64,000 nt of DNA. It comes from Novakomyces olei. Its lineage: Eukaryota. The number at the start of each line of letters is the position of its first letter. The stretch's first letter is position 1. Made by a program: the position numbers and the translations under genes. The notes below the pieces were generated by a model. The model was not told the origin of the DNA. It ran no database searches and saw nothing but the letters and a program-made list of their open reading frames with translations. Location: positions 1,116,001 through 1,180,000 of the forward strand of contig JADEYG010000015.1 in NCBI GenBank assembly GCA_016906335.1, given 5' to 3'. Shown one piece after another: positions 1-9,949 of this stretch.

Positions 1-592
1 GACTTGCAGGAGGACAAGGAGCCTTTATTTGATTGCGTAAAGACATTGAGTGATTCTCTTTTAATCGCTACTGGCGTGCTGTCCACTCTGAGTATTCACG
101 CGGACCGCATGAAGGCTGCTCTTACTATGGATATGCTGGCAACTGATTTGGCTGGTGAGTTGAGAACCTTGCTCTTTTTGTATCAAAAGCTATCTGTATA
201 ATGAATATGTTTGATTACTTTATTTTGTCTGCTTTTAGACTAAATCAGATCAAGATTTGTTTTCATTTTTTTTTATTTCTTTTTTTAATTTCATACATTG
301 TTAGATGTTTAATTATCCCGCTAATGTTCAAGATTATCTCGTACGCAAAGGTGTACCCTTCCGTGAGACTCATCATATCAGCGGATCGGCAGTTCGTCTG
401 GCGGAAGAGCAAAAGCTCTCCGGAATTGACAAGTTATCTTTGGAAGAACTGAAACGGCTCCATCCGGCCTTTGACAACGACGTTTGCAGTGTTTTTGACT
501 TTGAGGCGAGTGTAGAACGTCGCACTGCCATTGGAGGGACAAGTCGTGAATGCGTGCTTCAGCAGCTTCAAGTGCTGCGAGATTTTGCTTAA
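1..592 (+). CDS. ARG4: Argininosuccinate lyase, 3' part (5' end outside window); intron 155-332
   Basis: [11 protein letters not shown]...[25 protein letters not shown]...[14 protein letters not shown] donor at 155, CTAAT branch, AG at 331-332; the splice restores the frame. Confidence 0.95.
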
Positions 593-832
593 ATGTACCA
601 TAAATAAATGTACAATTGTGGACAGAGTTCATAACGAGAGTGAAGCTCGCATCGTTTTACTGTAAACTCGATTTTTTTGTTGGCAATCATCAAGTCTGTT
701 TTAAATTTAAACAATTTTATCAAATTATTTATCTATATTTTCGTATTTATGTTTATATCCAATCTTTGACGATATTACATACACGTATTATAAACTATCC
801 ATGATTCAAATCAAATGCATCACGCTTCCGTA

Positions 833-3800
833 TCAAACTGCCTGCATTTCCACTTGCTCGTAACCTTGCGCCCTAACCCTAAACAAATGCCTCCAATCGG
901 CCCCTGAGTATAGGATACGCGTTACACGATGCCACCAGGGCACAGGCCCATTGGCCCGATGAGCCGCGAAATTCGGTTTCTGCCAGAACCTGAGCAGGAG
1001 ACTGCTGCATACAACAGATACACTGGAAAGTGCCATTGCGGCTCCCGCCATCATTGGATGCAGGGAAACACCAAACGGAACAAAGATGCCCATGGCAAAA
1101 GGTACAGCGATTAAATTGTAGCAAAAAGCCCACAATAAATTAAGTTTTATGCGCCGGAAAATCGCTCTTGAAAGCACAATTGACGCAGGAATATCGAGTA
1201 GATCGTCCCTCATTAATACGATACTGGCAGCGTCCATTGCCACGTCTGTGCTTGAAGCAAATGCAATACCTATGTCTGCAGCAGCCAGGGCCGGAGAGTC
1301 GTTGATTCCGTCGCCCACCATTGCCACTGCCTTGCCTCCTCTATTATTATTCAATTCTGCTTGGAATTTTTGCACTAGATCCTTCTTCCCTGCAGGCAAA
1401 ACGTCGCCAAAGACTCGATCAGTATCAATCCCCACTTGCCGGGCCACGTGCAAGGCGACCCGAGTACTGTCTCCAGAGACAATGCCGACACGGATTCCCA
1501 GCTGCTTCAGCACCTGCACTGTACGAGCTGCCTGAGGCCGTAGAGAGTCCCCGAGGATACAAGATCCGGCGTACGCGCCATCAACACCCAAACAAACGTG
1601 CGTGTATCCACTGGCCTCTGCGACAGCCGCCATTTCGTCAAAGACGGGGGTAAAGGAGTACCCATCCTCGGCCAAAAACGAGGGCTTGCCCACGAGAAAG
1701 GTGTGCGTGGCGGAACGTGCGCGCACGCCTTTGCCAGGCACTGCCTGCAAACTGTATCCAACAAAAGGAGAGTCCGGGTCAGTATTAGGGTTAGGGTCAA
1801 AATTAGGGTTAGGGTCAGTATTAGACTCAGGGTTAGGGTCAATATTAGAGTTAGGGTTAGGGTTATCATTTCCCAGTTTATTGCCCAGCTTTTCTAGCGC
1901 AATTGCCCTGAGAGCAAGGCCGATAGGGTGCTGTGTCGCACTCTCGACCTGATAGATGTACTGCCAAAACTGCAGCTCGTCAGCCAGCGTAGTGGCCGAG
2001 GCAATAAGCGAAACCCTGCCGGAGGTGAGTGTCCCCGTCTTGTCAAACAGGACTAATTGCACTTGCGTAACACGTTCCAGTACGGCTCCGCCCTTGATCA
2101 GAATCCCGTTACGTGCGCCCACACCAGTGCCCACCATAACTGCCGTGGGCGTCGCGAGTCCCAGGGCGCAGGGACAGGCTACTACAACGACAGAGATGCA
2201 CATCTTCAAGCAGGTCATTACCCGGCCGCCGTCGTGAGCGTGTTGGAAGACTGCCGGTGGAGGATGCATAGAGTAGCAGACTGTAATCCACACGACAAAA
2301 GTCAGGAGCGAGAGACAGAGCACAACGGGAACAAACACATTCGCTACCGCATCTGCGTACCTTTGGATAGGCGCACGGGATGCTTGAGCTTCTTGCACGA
2401 GTCTAACTATTTGGCCCAGTTGAGTGTCCCTTCCGGCTCTTGTTACTCTCACAATCAGTGGGGAAACTGACCCGTTGATTGTGCCCCCGATCACTGCATA
2501 CCCAGGTCCTTTCCTGACGGGTCTCGCTTCTCCAGTGATCATGGACTCGTCTACCGTGCCCTCTCCCCATACTACGAGTCCGTCAGCGGGTACTGCCGTC
2601 CCCGCTGGGACTGCAACAAGGTCCCCCCTTTGCAAGAGGCTGGAATCAATCTGCCGAGTGGGCGGGACATTTGTAAAGCAAATGCTCTTGTCTTTTTGTG
2701 TTTTATTTATGTCCTGCCCACTGTCGTCTCCATTGTTCTCTTCTCCACTGTTCTCTTCTCCACTGTTCTCTTCTCCACTGTTCTCTTCTCCACTGTTCTC
2801 TTCTCCATTGTTCTCTCCACTATTCTCGACTAGAAAAGCAGTTAGGGGAGCCAGCTGCAGCAGCTGTGAGAGCACTGAGCCTGTCAGGCCCTTGGCCCTT
2901 GTCTCCAGGTACTTGCCAATCGTCATAAACGTAATCACCATGGAGGCAGTTTCGAAAAAGACCATCGGCATCGTTCCACCACGAGTGGCGATGGATACAG
3001 CAACAGCTGCCAGGGAGAACGTGTAAGCTGCAGACACTCCGATGCAGATGAGAACGTCCATATTAGTAGTGTAATGCCTCAAGGCACGTGCTGCTCCAAT
3101 ATAAAACTTTTTACCGCTCGTCAATAAAACACCCGTCGTAAGTAGAGCACTAGCCAGGTCGCGCACGTATAGCCCCGAGATCCCCAGCACCGAGTGCGCT
3201 AAAACTGTATGCAAAACATTGAAATGAGGCAGTACCTTGTTAATCACGAAAACCGGTGTGGAAAGGATAAGAGAAGTGTACAGCGACGACCGCCATTCTA
3301 CGATTTGCCGAGTGCGTTCAAGGCTTTGCACTTGCACAGAAGCGTCTTGCCACTCGGGAGAGACTAAGGCATCAAAGCCAGCAGCATTTACGGCGGCAAT
3401 CAAGTCGCGAATGCCACATTGATCGGGGTCGTAATGGATCTCGGCCCGTTCCGTGACAAGATTGACGGAGCACCGTTGCACACCCGCAACATTGCTTAAA
3501 CACCGATCAACGGAGCAAGCACAGTTTGCACAGGTCATGCCGTATATCTGCAGTCGCGCCACATTGTCCTCTGCTGCTGGACTTGCAATAACCTGAGCGT
3601 CAAACCCGGCGGATTCTATACGCTCGACTATAGCGGACACTGGTAATACGTCAGGGTCGTGTGTGGCTACTGCCCGCTCAGTCAGGAGGGAGACGGAAAT
3701 TTTATACAGGCCGGGAAGGTTCTGGAACTGGCGTTCAATAGACGCCACACACGAGGCACACGTCATGCCAGAGATGGCGATATTCGTTACACTTGGTGCC

Positions 3801-4420
3801 ACTTGTAAAGCGCTCGACTCTGACAAATAAGGCTGCACCGAGTCTGCACGAGTCGGGTATTGCGACGGCGCAACTGCTTCAGTGCCCGCTGTTACACTGT
3901 GGATATTGTAATTTGGACCGTCTCGCACAGGGCCTGCAGTAGTTAGAAATCTGCCAATAATACCACGTAAAAGATCGTTGATCCAAGATTAGGGCTAAAG
4001 CTTGCTCAAGCATTATTGTAGCCTGTGTAGCTCGTATGCTCGAGGCAAATGCTCGAGGAAAAAGCAGCCGTCAATAATCATACCATCTGCTGAAACAGAA
4101 TCTTTGTTTAGACCAGTACTTTGCCGAGTACTGTCCTCCGTATCTTCGACCGCATCGAACCCGGCTTCGTCTATGGCACGGATCAGATCGGCTGAGTCGA
4201 CAGACTCGTCCGCCATAACTATGGCAGAGTCTGGGAGAGCCACGATTGCCTGCGCGACTCCATTTACCGAGAGCAGTGCGCTAGAAACTGCCTTTGTACA
4301 CGAGCCGCATGTCATTCCTGCACGGCAACGTTAGAAGCTGAAGCTGATTGACCGCTTACCTTCAACTACGAGACGCCTACACGTCTTACTGTGGGCCGCA
4401 CTAGCAGAGACAGCCGCCAT
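833..4420 (-). CDS. CCC2: Cu(I)-transporting P1B-type ATPase with three N-terminal HMA domains; introns 4359-4318 and about 4083-3934
   Basis: GMTCGSC, GMTCASC and GMTCANC metal-binding motifs; TGE, CPCALGLATP, DKTGTLT, HP, GDGINDSPALA, YN and MALSS motifs. Both introns are GT-AG with CTAAC branch points and join the frames. Confidence 0.93.
1776..1864 (+). repeat. Degenerate TTAGGG-rich repeat (about 18-bp period) inside the CCC2 CDS, encoding an NP/DP-rich insert
   Basis: Seven perfect TTAGGG hexamers at 1785, 1791, 1803, 1809, 1833, 1851 and 1857. The minus strand reads NDNPNPNSNIDPNPESNTDPNPNFDPNPNTDPD. Confidence 0.9.
2730..2822. repeat. 15-bp coding tandem repeat (GEENS) in CCC2
   Basis: CCACTGTTCTCTTCT x4 plus flanking variants; protein ENNGEENSGEENSGEENSGEENSGEENNG. 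Confidence 0.95.
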
Positions 4421-4459
4421 GGCCTTTTTGCCGCCGTGTTGCCGACCGGTGCTGCCCTG

Positions 4460-4511
4460 ATCTGATAAAGGTTCTGTCAGATATGATTACAAATATGGTT
4501 CGATCTGATAA
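4460..4511. promoter_or_regulatory. Two ATCTGATAA GATA elements (Fep1/SreA-type consensus) upstream of CCC2
   Basis: ATCTGATAA at 4460-4468 and 4503-4511, 40-90 bp upstream of the CCC2 ATG. Confidence 0.6.
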
Positions 4512-5497
4512 AAGAATGCGTATAATAATAGTACGACAATTGTCGAGCTGCCTACAAGTAACTTGTAAATTAAGTCAAAGAGACGGACACTGCTTTCTTA
4601 TATAGGACTGACTAGTCGTCGCTCAAGGCGGGAAAAGGCAGCGATTATGTTGGCAGCATATCGTATACACACCGCCGAGTGTCATAAAATGTTTTATGCG
4701 GTAGTAAAGCCGTGGCTTTTCCCGTATTTTGACTATTTTGAATGGGACATTGATTGGGTTGTTTGCTGTGCAACATCAAACGGTTCGTTCATTCGTTTCA
4801 CAATTTGTTTAATTTAATAATAATTATTATATATCAACAATAATTAGAGACGGGAATTAGCGGCAAACCGGTTAAGAAGTTTTAAAGTCTTTATGCTCGT
4901 ATACATGCTCATTATTGATTCATAATTTTCAGCCTCCCGATGATCTGTTTCAGATTTCTTCCCTTTTTGTTTCTTCATTTTTGTCTCTTCTTTTTTTGTC
5001 TCTTTTGTGGGGTAAAATACTCCTAGTGACCTCCAACTGCAATTATTTCAGGAATTATATTGTTTGTCTCATTTAAATGTCGGAAGCAAAGCTGGCAACA
5101 CTGGTATGGTTAAAATTAGTAGTGAATTCTTATTTGCTCAATATTCATTCTTTCCCAAAGCTTAAAGATGTTGAGGGCCAGGAGATCGTTCACATCATAA
5201 ACCTGACCACAGCGTTAGACGATAAGCTTTATTGGATTTTTCACATCAAAATTATAAATTGACTCTATTATGACGGCCCATTCTGTAGTACTGCATCACA
5301 AGAATGCAAATTGAAGGTAAAAAATGAAAAGGTAAGAAACAAAAGGTAAAAATTATTGCTTTAATTCGTTGTTAATTTCCAACAGCACACAGACCAACCC
5401 TAACCAACCCTAAAATCTTACACTAGAGTGAGCACGATTGGTCCCCACGAGATAATCACAGAATAAATGTGCCCGTATATCCAGCAGCACATTGAAC

Positions 5498-6203
5498 ATG
5501 GCCGCAGCGCTCGAGGATTCACAGGTTCAGTATTACGCAGAAGTGCTTAACAACCCTAAACTATCGGACGCAGAGCGCAAATTGGTGTCTCTGGCAGCAT
5601 TCGGCCAATGGCACGATTATGCAGCTTATCGGTCAAATGCTCCACCAAACGCTCCTATTCTTGGCCCTACGGGCGAGGCCAAACTGCGCATTTCCACAAT
5701 AGTATCACTAGCGGCCAAGGCTCCGGTACACAAAACCCAGACTTTGCAAGTATAATTTTGTCTAACGTCAGGTACTGCCATTTGATCAACTGCAGACGGC
5801 ACTCGGCCCGATAACCGATAGTGCGCTAAGGCTTCTTGTAGCACAAGCCATATACACTCGGCGTGTGAGCGGCTACATTAGCCAAAAGCAGCAGGCTTTG
5901 ATCGTGACGGGCACGTCTGGCCGCGATGTTTCGCCCCAAAGCTACGCGGAACTGATTGACGGACTCAGCTCGTGGATCGAACGGAGCGACAGTGTGCTCG
6001 CCGACTTGTCTAGCGTGGAGGCAACTTTGCAAGAGGCCGTTGTTGCCGAACACGAGTATAGCGAAGCACCAGCGTTAAGGCCCAAACGCGTACTGAGCAA
6101 TGAGAATATCAGTGAATGGGTCGAGCGTGGTGGGAGTGTGGGCAGCAGTACGAGCGGCATGGATGTGGATGAACCGGCCGCAGATGCTGCTAAAAGAACG
6201 TAA
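5498..6203 (+). CDS. CSN7: PCI-domain protein, COP9 signalosome subunit 7-like; intron 5726-5771; N-terminus uncertain
   Basis: LVSLAAFGQWHDY...KLRISTIVSLAA|VLPFDQLQTAL...AIY...GYISQKQQALIVTGTSGRDV matches the CSN7/eIF3m PCI pattern. Confidence 0.75.
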
Positions 6204-6519
6204 GTAACACTGGCCCAGAACAGGGGACAGACATGTCTTGTCTTTACAGCTATTAATCTAATATCCAGCCGCGGAGTTTAGGCCGTGCCGGCTTGCGTCT
6301 TGTGCGAGACGTATACATTGTACAAAAGTATGACGAATGATTAGCGTTTGGGAAATGATTTAAATACGATTTAAGTTTGAGTCAAAGGGACATAAATGGC
6401 GAACCCGAGAGTGGTAATACTACTTGGGTTTTGTCAGCAAGTCGTATACAATGACGCCAAAAACGCCTGGCACCGATATGAGTACAAGCCAACACATGCA
6501 ACCCTGGCGAGTAGACAAC

Positions 6520-6685
6520 AGTAAACTGAGAGTAAACAATAGTACCAAAGTAAACCTATAGCTCTAAAGAGACCTTAAGTACCAAAAGTACCAAAAGTTC
6601 TAAAGTACCAAAAGTAAACCTAAAGTAAACCTAAAGAGACCTACAAAGACCTAAAGAGACCTAAACCTAAAGAGACCTAAACAAG
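6520..6685. repeat. Degenerate 9-11-bp repeat tract (AAAGTAAACCT / AAAGAGACCT / AAAGTACCA) between convergent genes
   Basis: Units visible by eye across 6540-6680. Confidence 0.8.
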
Positions 6686-6785
6686 ACCAGTAGACCCACA
6701 TTTAAACGTAAAATATTAGCTCACGGGACTATGAACGTAAATATCCCGAATCTCCGAGCGTTGGCAATGTACGACGCAATGCACA

Positions 6786-7286
6786 CTATGCGTGCCAAAT
6801 GCGTTTGATCGCTTCAGTCAGTCCGACATCGTTGGTGTTGAACGAGTACAGGCCGATCAAAGTGGCTGCAGTGGTCCCACGGAGGATCCACATGAGCACG
6901 TAATGAAGCCGGGGAAAGTCGCGTGTTGGAAAGTAGTCGGTGATACACGCATCAAAGCCGATATGAGAGTGGACGACGAGGAGACTGGCGAAGAGCGCGT
7001 CTGTAACAGGATGCAATCCCGTCCCGGAGACAAAAGGCGTCACTGTCAAGGGCACTAGGCTGATCGCAACAAGACGCTCGAAATCCCAATGCCACGATCC
7101 GTGAAGCCGGTTCGGTTCCGGCTGCTTAACGGCATCGTTAACCGTACCTTTAATCACCTGCGGACCCGCGGCAAACAGCGACCGAACCGGAACAACGTGT
7201 GCCGGAGATAAAGCGGCCGAGCGCCTCAGCAGGCCGATGCTGCTGCGGCATCCGAGACCGGGCTGTACACCTTTAACGCTAAACAT
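6786..7286 (-). CDS. SDH4: Succinate dehydrogenase small membrane anchor (CybS)
   Basis: HGSWHWDFERLVAISLVPL, HSHIGFDACITDYFP and FNTNDVGLTEAIKRIW; Arg-rich presequence from the ATG at 7286. Confidence 0.95.
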   Translation of the reverse strand: MFSVKGVQPGLGCRSSIGLLRRSAALSPAHVVPVRSLFAAGPQVIKGTVNDAVKQPEPNRLHGSWHWDFERLVAISLVPLTVTPFVSGTGLHPVTDALFASLLVVHSHIGFDACITDYFPTRDFPRLHYVLMWILRGTTAATLIGLYSFNTNDVGLTEAIKRIWHA

Positions 7287-7711
7287 AACCGCGGTTGAGT
7301 GGTGAATTGGTTTGTGCTCTTTGGAGTAGGATTTTAAGTATGCCGTCTCGAACCAATCACAGCCGGGATAATTGGTGTACAAATAAGTGTATAAAAGTAT
7401 AAAAGTATAAATGAACAGTATGAAGTATTAAAGTAAAAGTATAAAAGTATAAATAGTTTTAGATAGATGAATAAAAGAATAATTTTATAATTTATAATTA
7501 TTTTATGAAAAGTAGGAATTAGAGTATAAAGAAAGTATAATCCACACGAATACACAAGTAACAACAGGTCAAGCGTACTCTGTTGTTCATGAAATACTCG
7601 TTCAATTTGTAGTACACTTTTTATACGATAATCAATGTATACATAATTTTCTACAAAAACTTGCCTCCGGCTCTGAGCTTCCCGATCGAAGAATCCATTG
7701 GTACTGCAGCA

Positions 7712-9541
7712 ATGGCGCTCCGTTTTATTGCACGCCCACGTGGCCACATGGCAACCCGCGCGGCTGCACTGGGAAGACTTTCCGCCTACGGCCGTCGCTA
7801 CCTGGCTGCCTCGTCAGCCCATGCACCGGCCGAAAATGCCGCCGGTGCCCGTACGGAAACTACTACTCTGTCGAACGGGTTCACTGTGGCTACAGAGTAC
7901 TCTCCTTACGCTCAAACTGCGACTGTAGGCGGTACGTGACCAACTGGTTTCTTCTTGAAGTTTTTGGAAACGCTTTTATACTAATCCTATAGTCTGGATC
8001 GACAGCGGCTCACGCTCGGAGAATACTAAAAACAACGGAAGTGCTCATTTTTTGGAGCATCTGGCTTTCAAGGGGACCGAGCGTCGCTCCCAGCGAGATT
8101 TAGAGCTCGAAATTGAGAATATTGGTGCTCAATTGAACGGTAAGTTGGACTTTGTCGGTTATTTTAGGGTGCCGAGTTGCTTACACCCTGTTTCGTTTGA
8201 TCCTTGTTCTCGTTTGATCCTTGTTCTCGTTTGATCCTTGTTCTCGTTTGATCCTTGTTCTCGTTTGATCCTTGTTCTCGTTTGATCCTTGTTCTCGTTT
8301 GATCCTTGTTCTCGTTTGATCCTTGTTCTCGTTTGATCCTTTTTTCACTGATCCTTTTTTCACTGATCCTTTTTTCACTGATCCTTGATTCACTGATCCT
8401 TGTTGTCTATTGTCTCTACTTATTCTTCCACATACCGACCCAGATCTAACAAACAGCCTATACCTCGCGCGAGCAAACTGTATACTATGCCCGTTCTTTC
8501 CGCCAGGACGTACCCAAGACTGTCGATATCCTGGCAGATATTCTCAAGAACAGCCGTCTTGAAGAAAGCGCAATTGAGCGTGAGCGTGGCGTGATTCTGC
8601 GTGAGCAGATTGAGGTCGACAAACTGCCGGACGAAGTTGTCTTTGACCACCTTCACGCAACTGCCTTCCAGGGTCAGTCGCTCGGTCTCACCATCCTCGG
8701 CCCGAAGGAGAACATTCAATCAATCACTCGCACTGATCTCACCGAGTACATCAACAGCAATTACCGTGCTGACCGGATGGTCCTTGTAGGCGCTGGTGGG
8801 ATACCTCACCAGCAGCTGGTCGAGCTGGCAGAAGAGCATTTCAGCGATCTGCCTTCGAGCCAAGTCTCAGCTCCTCTCGGCTCCGCCCGTGGATCTGCTC
8901 CACGTTTCGTCGGCTCCGAGGTCCGTATTCGTGACGATACAATGCCCACTGCTCATATCGCAATTGCTGTTGAAGGCGTGGGATGGAAGCACCCGGACTA
9001 CATCACGATGCTGGTAATGCAGTCGCTTATCGGCAACTGGGATCGTGCTCTGGGCAACGCTCCCTATACCGCGAGCCGTCTCAGTACTATTGTGCACCAG
9101 AACAATCTGGCTAAAAGCTTTATGAGCTTTTCTACCAGCTACAGCGACACGGGCCTGTGGGGCATTTATCTCGTCTCTGACAACAAGGATCAGCTCGATG
9201 ATCTTTCACATTTTGCTCTCAAGGAATGGGCTCAGCTCAGCTTTGTTACGGATGCTGATGTTGAGCGTGCCAAGGCTCAACTGCGTGCTACCCTACTGCT
9301 CTCACTCGACTCTACTACAGCCACGGCTGAGGATATTGGACGGCAGATTGTTACTACGGGTCGCCGTATGACGCCTCATGAGGTTGACTCGCTCATCTCG
9401 CGTGTGACCCCAGCTGATATCAAGCGAGTTGTGCAGGAGCGGATCTGGGACCGTGATATTGCTATCTCTGCCCTCGGACCAATCGAGTCTCTACTGGACT
9501 ATAGCCGTATCCGTGCCGATACCTCCCTGCAGCGCTACTAG
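7712..9541 (+). CDS. MAS1: Mitochondrial processing peptidase beta subunit / bc1 core protein 1; introns 7932-7992 and 8140-8456
   Basis: [13 protein letters not shown], inverted zinc motif [37 protein letters not shown]. Confidence 0.96.
8195..8400. repeat. Intronic minisatellite: 17-bp unit x8 followed by a related 15-bp unit x4
   Basis: GTTTGATCCTTGTTCTC x8 (8195-8330), then GATCCTTTTTTCACT x3 plus one variant. Confidence 0.95.
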
Positions 9542-9949
9542 AGCCGAGTTTAAGCCGTTTTAACTCGCCAGTTTTATTAACGGAACTGACGCAAGGAGGA
9601 AGGGGAAAAGCAAAAGTTGAAAACTCCAGATATAGGCTCTAGTTGGACCGTACTGTCAACAATTATAACCAGAGACTAGCGTTAGATAATGTGAATGATA
9701 GTGTCGATCATATTGATTCAATCATTAGATAAATTTAAAAAAGTAAAGTGCAGAATGACGAAATAGATACACGTGCATATGTATGTTACATACATATATA
9801 TATATATATATGTCAAGATTATACCTTGTTCTTATATTTCTCTTTACACATTATTTTATCATCATGTATTTATTAATAATTTATTATCATACTGTAATCT
9901 CCTGAACGACGCTCCATTCCTTCTTTTGAGTATAAGCCCTTTCCCGTCA

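Noticed and set aside
1776..1864. True telomere, or Plasmodium circumsporozoite-like gene
   Set aside because: Internal, degenerate and inside an intact ATPase ORF; the NP similarity is low-complexity only.
7287..7382. N-terminal extension of SDH4 given by the ORF track
   Set aside because: Starts at a non-ATG codon and overlaps the CCAAT promoter region; the ATG at 7286 gives a proper presequence.
8195..8400. CRISPR-like regular repeats
   Set aside because: Head-to-tail units with no unique spacers, inside a spliceosomal intron of a eukaryote.
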